A DNA stretch of 64,000 bases from a virus (Duplodnaviria; Caudoviricetes). Within the stretch, counting starts at the first letter, position 1. Every line of letters begins with the position of its first letter. Shown here one piece after another: positions 8,183-17,501 of the stretch. The stretch is from the IMG/VR virus record IMGVR_UViG_3300000101_000005. The stretch is one strand, 5' to 3'. Both the position numbers and the translations under genes were made by a program. The notes under the pieces are model-generated. The model had not been told where the DNA came from. It did not search any database and was given only the letters and a program-made list of their open reading frames with translations.

Positions 8183-8763
8183 TATTTACTCCCTACAGGG
8201 CTGTTAACACCCGCTTTGTCGATTTTAATCTTAGGAACGTCTGCAAATACGTCTGCTTTTAATTTATCGTGTCCTAATTCCTTCTTACGTTCTTTAGAAG
8301 TTTTTTGTAAGTCTTTCAAAAATGATTTGTTAAAATCATTACCAAAGTAATCTTTGTGTTTGATCTTACCTGCTTCTTTATATTCGTTGTCATGTAATAG
8401 TGCGCCTTCTCTTTTGTCATCATTAATTTGATACTCTTCAGTTGGGCTGGCACTGTTTCTTACTTTACAACGATCTGCAACACATCCGCAATCTTCACAA
8501 CAGCTCTTAAGCACTTCTTGTGGAGTAATAGGATAGCTTGTTACAAGATTAAATGTAGTTACTTCCATATTGTTCAGTTCTGGAAAATCCATAGGAACTT
8601 CAGTAACTGGTGTTTTTGACATCTCTTCGCAAGTTACTACTTCCCTAGAAGCCATACATGATTTTAGTCTATCGCAAAAGCCTTCAGGAACTTCGCCTGC
8701 CACTTTTACGTTGAAGCTGTATACTTTTTTGCTTTCAGTCAAATATTCATTGAACGTTTTCAT
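8182..8763 (-). CDS. Hypothetical protein with a T4 capsid-targeting-like N-terminus
   Basis: It begins MKTFNEYLTE, resembling the T4 internal-protein sequence MKTYQEFIAE, and is preceded by ATAAATA-N5-ATG. Confidence 0.6.
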   Translation of the reverse strand: MKTFNEYLTESKKVYSFNVKVAGEVPEGFCDRLKSCMASREVVTCEEMSKTPVTEVPMDFPELNNMEVTTFNLVTSYPITPQEVLKSCCEDCGCVADRCKVRNSASPTEEYQINDDKREGALLHDNEYKEAGKIKHKDYFGNDFNKSFLKDLQKTSKERKKELGHDKLKADVFADVPKIKIDKAGVNSPVGSK

Positions 8764-8771
8764 ATTAGTAT

Positions 8772-9263
8772 TTATTCCTTTCCGCTTAATTTCTTCATTA
8801 GTTCATTGCGATCTAGCATGATATAGCCTGATCCGTCTACTAATTCGTTGGGATCTTCACCTGAATCTTGATCAAGTTTCAGCTTTCTCATTTGTAAATC
8901 TACAGCTTTTAACTTCTTATCAATTTTAGCAGACTTAGCATCTACTGCATTTTTAAGCATACTGCCAGCAACTTCAAAAATACGTCCACTATAACGTACT
9001 TCTACATTCATACCCAAATCCATTAGATCATCATATGCTTTCTCAGCCTTATCAGCTAAGTGATCTAGATCCGTTTCACCTAGTGTATCCAATTCTCTTA
9101 CTGCTGGTAATTCTTTAGTAATGTTTTGGATTGCTTGATAACTTTGATCTACGCTTTTTATTTCAGCTTCCATTTCTTCAGCCTTTATTACAGAAGCTTC
9201 AACCTCTTTAGGTTCTTCTTTTGCTTCTTCCATATTAAAAAGTTCTTCTAATTTCTTTGTCAT
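8772..9263 (-). CDS. Probable terminase small subunit (gp16-like)
   Basis: Helical core DDLMDLGMNVEVRYSGRIFEVAGSMLKNAVDA resembles the RAYEVAGQLIK segment of T4-like small terminases; 163 aa; lies upstream of terL. Confidence 0.55.
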   Translation of the reverse strand: MTKKLEELFNMEEAKEEPKEVEASVIKAEEMEAEIKSVDQSYQAIQNITKELPAVRELDTLGETDLDHLADKAEKAYDDLMDLGMNVEVRYSGRIFEVAGSMLKNAVDAKSAKIDKKLKAVDLQMRKLKLDQDSGEDPNELVDGSGYIMLDRNELMKKLSGKE

Positions 9264-9271
9264 ACTTTTAC

Positions 9272-9712
9272 TTATCTTCGTTTAGGTCCAGTGTGAAAAA
9301 TATCTTCTTCAGTTACTACCCTAAAACGTAGTCCTTTTTGTTTGCACCATGCGGTAGCTGCTTCCCATTTTGCCATATTGAGCAAGTATTGTTCTTGATT
9401 GTATCTACTTTTACCAACGCTTTCTCTAAATGATTGATTCTTAGGTTTAACTTCTATTACTTCTGCATGTTGCTTACCTTTTTTATCTGCATAAACAATA
9501 AAGAAGTCAGGTACATAAATTGTGTGTTTACCTGTTAATGGGTTTCTGTAAGGTATTTGAATACTTTCACTTGCCCACTTTGCAACACCTTGATGTTCAT
9601 CTAACATCTTCATAAAAACAGTTTCCCAACTTGAACGTGCCATTGGTGTTTTAGTACCAACATACTTGCTGGGGTTTTTCATTTCAAATCTGCCTTGAGC
9701 AAACTTCGGCAT
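9272..9712 (-). CDS. gp4: Head completion nuclease (T4 gp4-like, TnsA PD-(D/E)xK fold)
   Basis: RSSWE..FM, WASE.IQIPY, YVPDF, IEVKP and KWEAA motifs; probable start is ATG 9712 (MPKFAQG). Confidence 0.85.
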   Translation of the reverse strand: MPKFAQGRFEMKNPSKYVGTKTPMARSSWETVFMKMLDEHQGVAKWASESIQIPYRNPLTGKHTIYVPDFFIVYADKKGKQHAEVIEVKPKNQSFRESVGKSRYNQEQYLLNMAKWEAATAWCKQKGLRFRVVTEEDIFHTGPKRR

Positions 9713-9713
9713 A

Positions 9714-10079
9714 TTAAGCACTCACATTACGTTGTTTTGAGACATCTTCTACCGGTGTACGGTATCCTAGTGTTGATGTTGCCGGTCTATTATTATTTAG
9801 AACTTCAGCAACTAATGCACTAATTTGTAATTGTTCTAGCCCAGTAATATCGTCTAAAACTTTTGATATAGGAAGGTTTTCTAACTTTGCTTGTTTTAAT
9901 AATGACGTTGCAACAACTTCTGCTGCACTATTATCAAATCCTTTATCTTTAAAAAATACAATTGCTGTGTCATAGTCAACAGCATTATACTCTAATGGTG
10001 ATTTACCATATTGATCAAAGTAAAGTCTAGTACGTGCTGCACTATCTTGTATTTCCTTTGGTGGTAAATTAGTAGGCAT
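9714..10079 (-). CDS. Hypothetical protein
   Basis: The ORF track starts at 10109; ATG 10079 (MPTNLP) has a GGAGG RBS and avoids the overlap with the upstream gene. Confidence 0.7.
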   Translation of the reverse strand: MPTNLPPKEIQDSAARTRLYFDQYGKSPLEYNAVDYDTAIVFFKDKGFDNSAAEVVATSLLKQAKLENLPISKVLDDITGLEQLQISALVAEVLNNNRPATSTLGYRTPVEDVSKQRNVSA

Positions 10080-10080
10080 A

Positions 10081-11196
10081 TTATGTTCCTCCACCTTGAT
10101 TACCAGCAAACGATGAGCTATTACTTATATTGCTTGTAGACTTTGGTCGTGCCTTAGTAGTTCCGTTGGCTGCATCATTCTTTGGAAAGAATATACCTGC
10201 TGCACCCGATATTGTATTTGAAATTTGTTGTATGCCGCCCGGACTTGTTAAAATATTAACACCTTCGTTTAGAATAGAATCTTTACTTAATCCTCTAATA
10301 TTTTTATATGTATTAACTGCTGCAATAGCTGTACCTAAAAATGATTTAGGACTTTCAAATGCACTGCCGTTACCAATAGAACCAAATATAGATTCAAGTC
10401 CATCAAGTACACCACCTTCTCCTAGTAGTAATCCTGTTCCGCCACCTGCAACTCCTAATGGAGATGAAACTGTATCATAATGTAATGTTGCAAAACCCTT
10501 AGGTGAACCTTGACTTATTGTTCCTGCTGTATACTGTACTGCTTCGTATTGTAATGACATTGAACTTTCAGCAGTTTCTGACCCTGCTGCATAATCCATT
10601 CCACCTGCTGTCCATTGTTGAATCTTTGGATTGACTAGTGTGTATCCAACAAAGCGTCTACGTCCCATTGTGTAGATAGTAACAGATTTAAAAAAGTCCG
10701 CAGTTGATCCGTTATCAAAACCAAATGCATAGTTGTTAGTATTACCGTTTCTATATTGATCTCTATCATATGCTTGTGTAGGATTATTCCTATCAGCAAT
10801 ATAATAACCATAGTACAAAGCCCACAGAGCACTTATAACACCTTGGTTATCATCATGCATAGTAAACTGTACAGGGTCGTATTGAATTCTTTTGTAAACG
10901 TTATGCTTTTTATTATACTGGTTTAGTGTATCCATTTGGAAACTAAACTTAGGCAAGTCTACACCTTTAACTAGCAGTCCTGTTTCTTCAGCATGTTTGG
11001 ATTTAAAGTTAGCAGCCTTAACAGCCATAGGATCCATTTCAAACCTAACATAATAATTAAATTTAGTCTTAGGTGCAAGACGCATTGTATTATCAATGAA
11101 CAGTCTTGTGGCATGGGTATAGTTACCCATAATACCTTTAGGTTGAGTAAGTCCAGTTGCAAAATCGCTGAGAAATCTTGTGAATTTGTTTGCCAT
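10081..11196 (-). CDS. Tail tube/baseplate junction protein (gp54/gp19-like fold)
   Basis: LVKGVDLPKF...LNQYNKK...IQYDPVQFTMHDD is a tube-fold signature; the gene is directly downstream of the tail tube gene. Confidence 0.65.
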   Translation of the reverse strand: MANKFTRFLSDFATGLTQPKGIMGNYTHATRLFIDNTMRLAPKTKFNYYVRFEMDPMAVKAANFKSKHAEETGLLVKGVDLPKFSFQMDTLNQYNKKHNVYKRIQYDPVQFTMHDDNQGVISALWALYYGYYIADRNNPTQAYDRDQYRNGNTNNYAFGFDNGSTADFFKSVTIYTMGRRRFVGYTLVNPKIQQWTAGGMDYAAGSETAESSMSLQYEAVQYTAGTISQGSPKGFATLHYDTVSSPLGVAGGGTGLLLGEGGVLDGLESIFGSIGNGSAFESPKSFLGTAIAAVNTYKNIRGLSKDSILNEGVNILTSPGGIQQISNTISGAAGIFFPKNDAANGTTKARPKSTSNISNSSSFAGNQGGGT

Positions 11197-11212
11197 ACTA
11201 TTATTTAGCCAT

Positions 11213-11241
11213 AAAAAAAGCCCGGAAAATAATCCGAGCTT
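11213..11241 (-). terminator. Intrinsic terminator after the tail tube gene
   Basis: AGCTCGGA-TTATTT-TCCGGGCT followed by TTTTTT on the minus strand. Confidence 0.8.
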
Positions 11242-11264
11242 CTTCTATTTTATTTAAAAAGTTA

Positions 11265-11906
11265 TTAGCCTTGAGCGCCTGAAGAACCTGTAGTAGATTC
11301 ACCAATTGTTCTTCCAACGTTTGCGCCAATTCCAACGCCAACGCCTTGCTCACCTGCGCCCCACTGTACCATGTTATCAAAACGTACAGTTAGTGCAACT
11401 TGCATAGCTTCGTTAGTAGCGTAGTTAGCGTCACCGTAGTCTACGTTAGTTAGGAAACAACCATACATGTTTGCTGTTTCTAATACGCTTACTCCGTTTT
11501 CACTAGTACCGTTACCACCGTCTAGTACTTCAATTTTTGTTGTAAACTTGTAGTCAATACCTGATCTAGCAGATGCTTGTTCGACAAAGTCAAACTGCTT
11601 CTGGACCTGTTGGCCGACTAGCTTTTGTACAAAGCCACTAGCATCATCACGTAAGTTCAATGTTAGTGTTTCGAAAGTATACTTACCTGCTAAGAATACC
11701 TTTGAGTTGTACACGTCTAACTGCATTTCTTCAAAACCTACTTTTGGTCTTGAAACATCTACAACTTGTTTAGTAAGTTCTGTTGCAGCACTAACTCCAA
11801 ATCCTAAAAGTGTCACCCTAAAGCGATATTTTAGTTTAGGCATCAAGAGCACTTGGTTGCCTGCGTCTGTTGGTACTCCAAAGTTGTTAAGTGATGTAAT
11901 AGGCAT
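11265..11906 (-). CDS. gp19: Tail tube protein (gp19-like)
   Basis: PKLKYRFRV, VDVSRPKVGF, AGKYTFETLTLNLRDD, YGCF...VDYG and LTVRFDN; coupled to the sheath gene. Confidence 0.85.
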   Translation of the reverse strand: MPITSLNNFGVPTDAGNQVLLMPKLKYRFRVTLLGFGVSAATELTKQVVDVSRPKVGFEEMQLDVYNSKVFLAGKYTFETLTLNLRDDASGFVQKLVGQQVQKQFDFVEQASARSGIDYKFTTKIEVLDGGNGTSENGVSVLETANMYGCFLTNVDYGDANYATNEAMQVALTVRFDNMVQWGAGEQGVGVGIGANVGRTIGESTTGSSGAQG

Positions 11907-14900
11907 TATATTTCTCCTGTGTTCTTGACACGCAATGGAATGTAAATAAACTCAATCGCCTTAATCGGTTCGATAGCAATATCAACATAAAGTTCATTCC
12001 TGTCAATTCTTGCTGGCGTGTTGTTAGTTTCATCACACACAACTGCAAAGTCGTATAAAGCTCTTAAGCCTACAAGCTCGAGTAATAATGACTCAACTGC
12101 TTGTTTAACTTCGTCCCTTGTGATCTTATCATTTGGCTCAAAGATATAAGGTCTTGCAAGTTTGTTAAGTTGTGATCTTAAATATACAACTAAACGTGCT
12201 ACGTTAATTCTATCTAAAGCACTTGCATTTCTTGCTCTAGTTTTTTGTCCGTAGTTTACAAGTCCTACACCGTTAAAGAATGTAATTGGATTAATTTTTA
12301 GTCCATACAACGTATCTCTTTGACCTTCGTTCAATGCAACTGTTTGGAATTCACCTGTTGCTGCATCAATATAACCTACTGATGTAGCGTTGCTAATTCC
12401 ACCACGTCTTGTTCCTGCTGGAGCAAACCATGGAAACGATACTTGGTCGCTTAATGCTATAGTTCTCATCATCATGTGTGATGCTGGAACAACAGCGTTT
12501 GCGCCACCTAAGTCAGTTGTAAATCCATTTGGATAAAACGCACCTAAGTATTCATCGTATGTTACAAGTCCGTCATCGTTGTTATCAACTACCAACGCAC
12601 TGTTTGAACCATATGCTAACAATGAAGTTGCATCACTTGCTAATCTTAAAGGTGTATCACCAATAACAAATGCTGTTAAGCCTCTGTCAATGTTTAAGTT
12701 AACAAGGTTGCTCATTGTTTCTGTGTATCCAGGACATGAAATTAAGTTAAAGTTTCTTGTTTCTTCATCTCTAATTTCTGAACTTGTATCAATTGCTGAT
12801 TTAAGTGCCTGTGTTACTACCATACGCTGTGCATGTCTACCAAATGATCCGCTACCATCTTCTTGGTTGCCTGATTGTGTAGACCATCTGTCTGTAGCAT
12901 AACTTGTCATCGCTTCGTCGCCGTTGCGAGTGTTGTCAGCTGTTAAATCAATGTAATTGTTGTTGTACTTTTTAACGTTACCGCCACTTCTACGTAAGTT
13001 CCATAGCAACATACCTTTTGGATATAGTGCAGGATCTGGAGCATCTGGATCTAAGTAATCGTTAGTTAGTAAGTCTTTAATAGTTGCTGCTGTGTTACCA
13101 GTAGAACCTGCTAGACCATAACGTGCATCTGCAAACAATATACCGTCTTCTGAAGTTTGATCTGTTTTATCAACAAGTACCCATGCTAGGTTATTACCGT
13201 CCCATCTGTAAATTGTTGGAAAGTCTTCTAAACTTGCAGTTGAAATCCAAAGGTCTCCGTCTACTAGTGCAGTACCATCGCTTTGTCCTGTTGTTGCATT
13301 TGGCTCAGTTGCTGAAACAATTGGGCCTAATGGTGAACAGTTAGCGTATCCTGAACTGTAATTTTGGTAACCTTTCCAAGTAGTACCATTATGAATCATA
13401 ATGTCAACATCACTAAACTCTGGGTTGTACCAAAGTTGTCCGTCTGCTGGTTCTGCTAATGGAGCATTGCTTGAAGCTGCAAAGTTGTCTGCTGCTAAAG
13501 GCTTCCAGTTAGATACAACATAGTTTTCACTTGCGCCTGTTGGTGCTGCGTAAAAGTTTGCTGTTCCTAATCCTGTGTTAATGCTGTATGCAGTATAAGC
13601 ACTTCCTATTGGAGTATTAGTTCCATCAGTAATTCTAAACTCTCCGCCTAACTTGTGGAAAATTTCTACTGCGTTTGAAGTTGTTACTGCTGCTTCAATG
13701 TTAGTAAAACCTGCACTGTTAATAGCACCTGCTATTAATGATGCGTCATTAGCATTACCTGCTGCTGTAAAGCTCACGCTTACTCCAGCGTTTAATGCTG
13801 CTGATGTTTTAATACTTTCTGCAATTGTAAATGTGTTTCCACCTACTGTAAATGTACTTGCGTCTACTACTGCTGAAGTAATTTTAGTAACTCCTGTTGC
13901 AGCTCTTCTAAACGCTCTAAACGAAGCAGTCATTGGTGTTGTATCGTAACCGCTATTTTCTTCTGCGTTAGTTTGTACATAGATGCTATCAGTTGGAATG
14001 TTAACTCCGCCACCTGCTTTATCTAATGCATAAACTGCAGATGAGTTGTTAGCATACAATGGTGCAGTATATGCTACCCATGAAAGAGTCGCTGCTGACC
14101 ATTTACTTGCTCTCCAACGTGCGCCGTTGTTTGGCTCAGTTGTTTTAACCCATACACTTCCTGTTGGACGTGGTGTTGTGTCACCAGTTTTAAATTCTGG
14201 AACATTAGTGTGTGCATCAATGTGTAGCTGTGGACCATAGTAAGTTGCTTTTGAAATACCTAACTCACTAAAAGTAATCTGTGGGCTACTTAAACCGTCA
14301 TCAATAATAATAGCATTTGACTTGGACGAATCACCAATTCCATCATCTAAGCTACCATCTGAATAAAGATAAAGTCTACCGCTTACGTTTCTTGCAACAA
14401 TACCTTGTGTTTCTGTAATAGCACCGTTAATTGCAACAACCAAGTCATCTAATGTGCCACTTACTGTAAAGTTTGTTCCGTTAATACTGAAGTTACCTGC
14501 AGTTGCTGAAAAAGTATCGCCAACAATTGTTGGATGGCTTGCTGACCAATCATTGCTTCCTACTTTAACCCAATTACCTTGTGTAACTGTTGATCCGTTA
14601 CCTGCGGACTTGTACCACATAGTTGCATTTTCTTTACTTGCACTAAATGATCCGCTACCATCAACTGTTTCAAATACTACTGCGTAATCGCCAATAGCAC
14701 CAACTGATGTTTTAGGTGCGCCGTTATCAATTTTTGAAATATCTGCATCGGTTAACACGATAGGTGTTTTAGCAGCAAATTTTTGACCACCTGTTGTGGT
14801 TACTGCTGCGCCATTCCACTCTTGGATACCAAAAGCAGTTGACCCGCTGTTTATCCACCACTTGCCATCTGCTGGATTCGCTCCCGGAGCAGTTGATGAA

Positions 14901-15262
14901 CCTTGTAGTTCGTCTAAGTCAACATCTGCACGTACAATGAAAGCTGAGTTTGAAACGCCTAATAATGAATATGCTGAAAGCAATCCATATTCGTTTAATT
15001 CGCTTCCATGTATTGGAGTGTTGCTCGCTGTCTTTTTGAATGTTGGTACACCAAAAAGATCTACTAATTCTTTCTGTGAGGTAACTTTATATGCTTTACC
15101 TGCGTTAGCTTTTAGCGTTCCAGCTGCTGTAGCTGTGCCCGCTGCGTTTAATTTGTCTTGCGATGAAGCGATAACAATAAGAGGAGTAGTACCAGGCTCT
15201 GCTGGGGTATAAAACGACTCGTCTATTACTGTTACTTCTACGCCTGGTGATGTTAATGCCAT
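11906..15262 (-). CDS. gp18: Contractile tail sheath protein (gp18-like) with large insertions, about 1118 aa
   Basis: N-terminal MALTSPGVEVTVIDES (ATG 15262, AGGAG RBS); C-terminal WFAPAGTRRG, INPI, GQKT, ALDRINVARL, FEPND and IEFIYIP. Confidence 0.92.
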   Translation of the reverse strand: MALTSPGVEVTVIDESFYTPAEPGTTPLIVIASSQDKLNAAGTATAAGTLKANAGKAYKVTSQKELVDLFGVPTFKKTASNTPIHGSELNEYGLLSAYSLLGVSNSAFIVRADVDLDELQGSSTAPGANPADGKWWINSGSTAFGIQEWNGAAVTTTGGQKFAAKTPIVLTDADISKIDNGAPKTSVGAIGDYAVVFETVDGSGSFSASKENATMWYKSAGNGSTVTQGNWVKVGSNDWSASHPTIVGDTFSATAGNFSINGTNFTVSGTLDDLVVAINGAITETQGIVARNVSGRLYLYSDGSLDDGIGDSSKSNAIIIDDGLSSPQITFSELGISKATYYGPQLHIDAHTNVPEFKTGDTTPRPTGSVWVKTTEPNNGARWRASKWSAATLSWVAYTAPLYANNSSAVYALDKAGGGVNIPTDSIYVQTNAEENSGYDTTPMTASFRAFRRAATGVTKITSAVVDASTFTVGGNTFTIAESIKTSAALNAGVSVSFTAAGNANDASLIAGAINSAGFTNIEAAVTTSNAVEIFHKLGGEFRITDGTNTPIGSAYTAYSINTGLGTANFYAAPTGASENYVVSNWKPLAADNFAASSNAPLAEPADGQLWYNPEFSDVDIMIHNGTTWKGYQNYSSGYANCSPLGPIVSATEPNATTGQSDGTALVDGDLWISTASLEDFPTIYRWDGNNLAWVLVDKTDQTSEDGILFADARYGLAGSTGNTAATIKDLLTNDYLDPDAPDPALYPKGMLLWNLRRSGGNVKKYNNNYIDLTADNTRNGDEAMTSYATDRWSTQSGNQEDGSGSFGRHAQRMVVTQALKSAIDTSSEIRDEETRNFNLISCPGYTETMSNLVNLNIDRGLTAFVIGDTPLRLASDATSLLAYGSNSALVVDNNDDGLVTYDEYLGAFYPNGFTTDLGGANAVVPASHMMMRTIALSDQVSFPWFAPAGTRRGGISNATSVGYIDAATGEFQTVALNEGQRDTLYGLKINPITFFNGVGLVNYGQKTRARNASALDRINVARLVVYLRSQLNKLARPYIFEPNDKITRDEVKQAVESLLLELVGLRALYDFAVVCDETNNTPARIDRNELYVDIAIEPIKAIEFIYIPLRVKNTGEI

Positions 15263-15394
15263 CTTTTTTATCTCCTGGTAATATTTTCGTATCAGTCTAT
15301 TACGTAAACTTGTTGCAATTGTATTTAGCACTTTATATAAAATTAGCCTGGTTTAACCAGTCATTAAAGGGGTCCAAAAGGTGTAAATACATGT

Positions 15395-15730
15395 ATGAGA
15401 CCTCTTTGTAAGTGCGGATTACGGCCACGTGCTGTTAACTATAAGAAAGGTAAGCGTACCTATTACAGAAGCCTATGTGAAGTATGTAATAATCACGGGC
15501 AGTATACAGGTGTACCTAGATGGGCTCGTGCTGGCTATAAACAGAAAGCTTCATGTGATAAATGCGGATTCAAATCACCTCATCCAGAAGTATTTAGAGT
15601 ATTACATTTAGATGGAAATTTAGATAACTGTAGACACAGCAATTTAAAAACTGTTTGTGCTAATTGTATATCTGTGTTATCTAAAGAAGGTATTAAGTGG
15701 AAACAGGGTGACTTAACTGCTGACTACTAG
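15395..15730 (+). CDS. Zn-ribbon HNH endonuclease-like protein
   Basis: CKCG, CEVC and CDKC pairs plus HLDGNLDNCRHSNLKTVCANC; preceded by GTAAATA-N5-ATG. Confidence 0.75.
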   Translation: MRPLCKCGLRPRAVNYKKGKRTYYRSLCEVCNNHGQYTGVPRWARAGYKQKASCDKCGFKSPHPEVFRVLHLDGNLDNCRHSNLKTVCANCISVLSKEGIKWKQGDLTADY

Positions 15731-16333
15731 TGACTTAACTTCTTTATATAAGTCCTCAATACCCATATCATTATGAATATGGTGGTCGAATTTAGTACCA
15801 ACCCAAGCCCATTCTGAAGCATGTATGTTCTGTATCTTTAGTTCATTGATTGCTACATTGCTACCTGAATTTGCATCAAGTGCTACATCATACCACTTAG
15901 GTAAACGTCCACGTTGTACCATAATCATCTTGCCTTGTTGATTCTTAATTGCTTTTACTTCATTAGGAAAACGTACATCACTTACAATGATGTCATCTTT
16001 AGAGTTACGTATTTTGTTCTCTAAACTAGCAATCCAAATATCATCATGGAAACTTTTACGACAAACTTCAGTACCCCAATATTGTAGTACCCAGCGTGGT
16101 GTTAGTGTTGGCATTCCTAATCTTTCTGCCCACCAATGATCTACTTCTTCACGCCATTCACGTGCTTCTTTTGTTCTACCTTCAAGTAAAGTTCTGTCCC
16201 AACCAAATACTGATGCAACTGCATCTTTCAATGTGTCAGCAAAACTTTCTCTTCTAAATTCATGGAAGTTAACAAGGTAATCAGCAACAGTGTCTTTGCC
16301 GCTACCAATAAAACCACATACACCAATAATCAC
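15713..16333 (-). CDS. Deoxynucleoside monophosphate kinase (T4 gp1-like)
   Basis: P-loop GFIGSGKDT, SFADTLKD, PRWVLQYWGTEVCR and VSDVRFPNE; GTG start with an AGGAG RBS. Confidence 0.9.
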   Translation of the reverse strand: MIIGVCGFIGSGKDTVADYLVNFHEFRRESFADTLKDAVASVFGWDRTLLEGRTKEAREWREEVDHWWAERLGMPTLTPRWVLQYWGTEVCRKSFHDDIWIASLENKIRNSKDDIIVSDVRFPNEVKAIKNQQGKMIMVQRGRLPKWYDVALDANSGSNVAINELKIQNIHASEWAWVGTKFDHHIHNDMGIEDLYKEVKSLVVSS

Positions 16334-16352
16334 AAATAATTCTCCTAGTTAA

Positions 16353-16391
16353 TATACTGTACAGTATACTAGAATTAATTCATAATGTCAA
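16353..16391 (-). promoter_or_regulatory. Sigma70-type promoter for the dNMP kinase gene, overlapped by a perfect 16-bp palindrome
   Basis: TTGACA (16386-16391), 17 nt, TATACT (16363-16368); TATACTGTACAGTATA at 16353-16368 is self-complementary. Confidence 0.8.
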
Positions 16392-16396
16392 GTATT

Positions 16397-16699
16397 TTAT
16401 TTGAATTTATTAAGTCTTCTTACCAAACGAGTTGCTGTATTGATATTTTTGGTACGTGACTGACGTCTAGCCTGTTGAGGGCCAGTTCTAGCACGGGTAG
16501 TTTTCATACGCTGTGCTTGTGCAACGTTAGGATGATCCCAACATTTGGACGGGTGTGATACTTGTCTACTTTTGCGTGGACCTGATGGACAACGAAACTT
16601 CATTTTAACTGTTCCGCCTCTTGCAGATGACTTGCCTCTACCCCAAACCATACCATCGTATAGTTCTTCGCCTTCCCACATAAATTCGTCTGCTTTCAT
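16397..16699 (-). CDS. Small, very basic hypothetical protein
   Basis: Probable start ATG 16699 (MKADEFMWE) overlaps the gp13 stop (TAATG); the body is Arg/Lys-rich. Confidence 0.65.
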   Translation of the reverse strand: MKADEFMWEGEELYDGMVWGRGKSSARGGTVKMKFRCPSGPRKSRQVSHPSKCWDHPNVAQAQRMKTTRARTGPQQARRQSRTKNINTATRLVRRLNKFK

Positions 16700-17457
16700 T
16701 ATCCTATAACCCAACTATATCCGCTACCACCTGGAACCTGTGTTGTAAGTTCCATTGTTAGTCTTTCTAGATCTGCTGTGCCTTCTGCTTTCATTGAAGG
16801 TCCGTTTAGAGCTGTACCACCTTGTGGGCCTGCAATACTTGCAAATTTTTCTCTTGCTTGTCCTAGCATAACTTTACAGTTAGCTAACGTGTAATCTTTA
16901 ATCCATTGTCCTGCATATACATCTTGTAAAATTGTATAGTCAGGCTTCTCATTATATGCCCAAAGAAGTACTTGTTCTTCTCCTCTTGGACGTTGCATAA
17001 TAATTAACTTTTTACTTTGAGGGTTCCAAGTAAAATTAATAAACGAACCAAACATCTTTCCAACAAGTTCTTGATACTGTGCAAATAACTCGTATGTTGC
17101 AAGTCCGCCCATGTTGGTTGAACTTAACAAATACGTATTAGTATATGCTAAGTTGAATGGTTCAAACACTGTACCACCTGTACCGTTACCTGTTCTACTA
17201 CCTACACTTCTTCTGTATATTTGTCTTACTTGTTGTATCTCATGTGGTAAGGTATAATCGTTTTTATCTTTTTCTAAAGTAAGTGTTATGTAACTTTCTT
17301 CAACTGCATTATCGCTTCGTTGTCTGAAAACACCCAAAGCACGTTTTAAACCTGTTTCGTAGTGAATAGGATCTAGTTCGACATCGATCATTCCGTCGCC
17401 TAGCATTGCTTTGCAATAGTCGAATACTTCTTGTTTTGATGTTTCTATCTGGCTCAT
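16699..17457 (-). CDS. gp13: Neck protein (T4 gp13-like)
   Basis: LGDGMIDVELD, WIKDYTLA..K..LGQAREKF and GGTALNG. The preferred start is ATG 17457 (MSQIETSK), after ATAAATA-N5; the track's 17508 start runs into the divergent gene. Confidence 0.85.
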   Translation of the reverse strand: MSQIETSKQEVFDYCKAMLGDGMIDVELDPIHYETGLKRALGVFRQRSDNAVEESYITLTLEKDKNDYTLPHEIQQVRQIYRRSVGSRTGNGTGGTVFEPFNLAYTNTYLLSSTNMGGLATYELFAQYQELVGKMFGSFINFTWNPQSKKLIIMQRPRGEEQVLLWAYNEKPDYTILQDVYAGQWIKDYTLANCKVMLGQAREKFASIAGPQGGTALNGPSMKAEGTADLERLTMELTTQVPGGSGYSWVIG

Positions 17458-17498
17458 ATAAGTATTTATGCCTTTAGCAACTTTAGGTAAATACTTAT
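17458..17498. promoter_or_regulatory. Back-to-back late-type promoters for the divergent gp13 and gp14 genes
   Basis: ATAAGTATTTA (17458-17468) and TAAATACTTAT (17488-17498) are perfect inverted copies. Confidence 0.7.
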
Positions 17499-17501
17499 AC
17501 A

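Noticed and set aside
16353-16368. LexA SOS box
   Set aside because: CTGT and ACAG are adjacent; the canonical proteobacterial box needs an 8-nt spacer.
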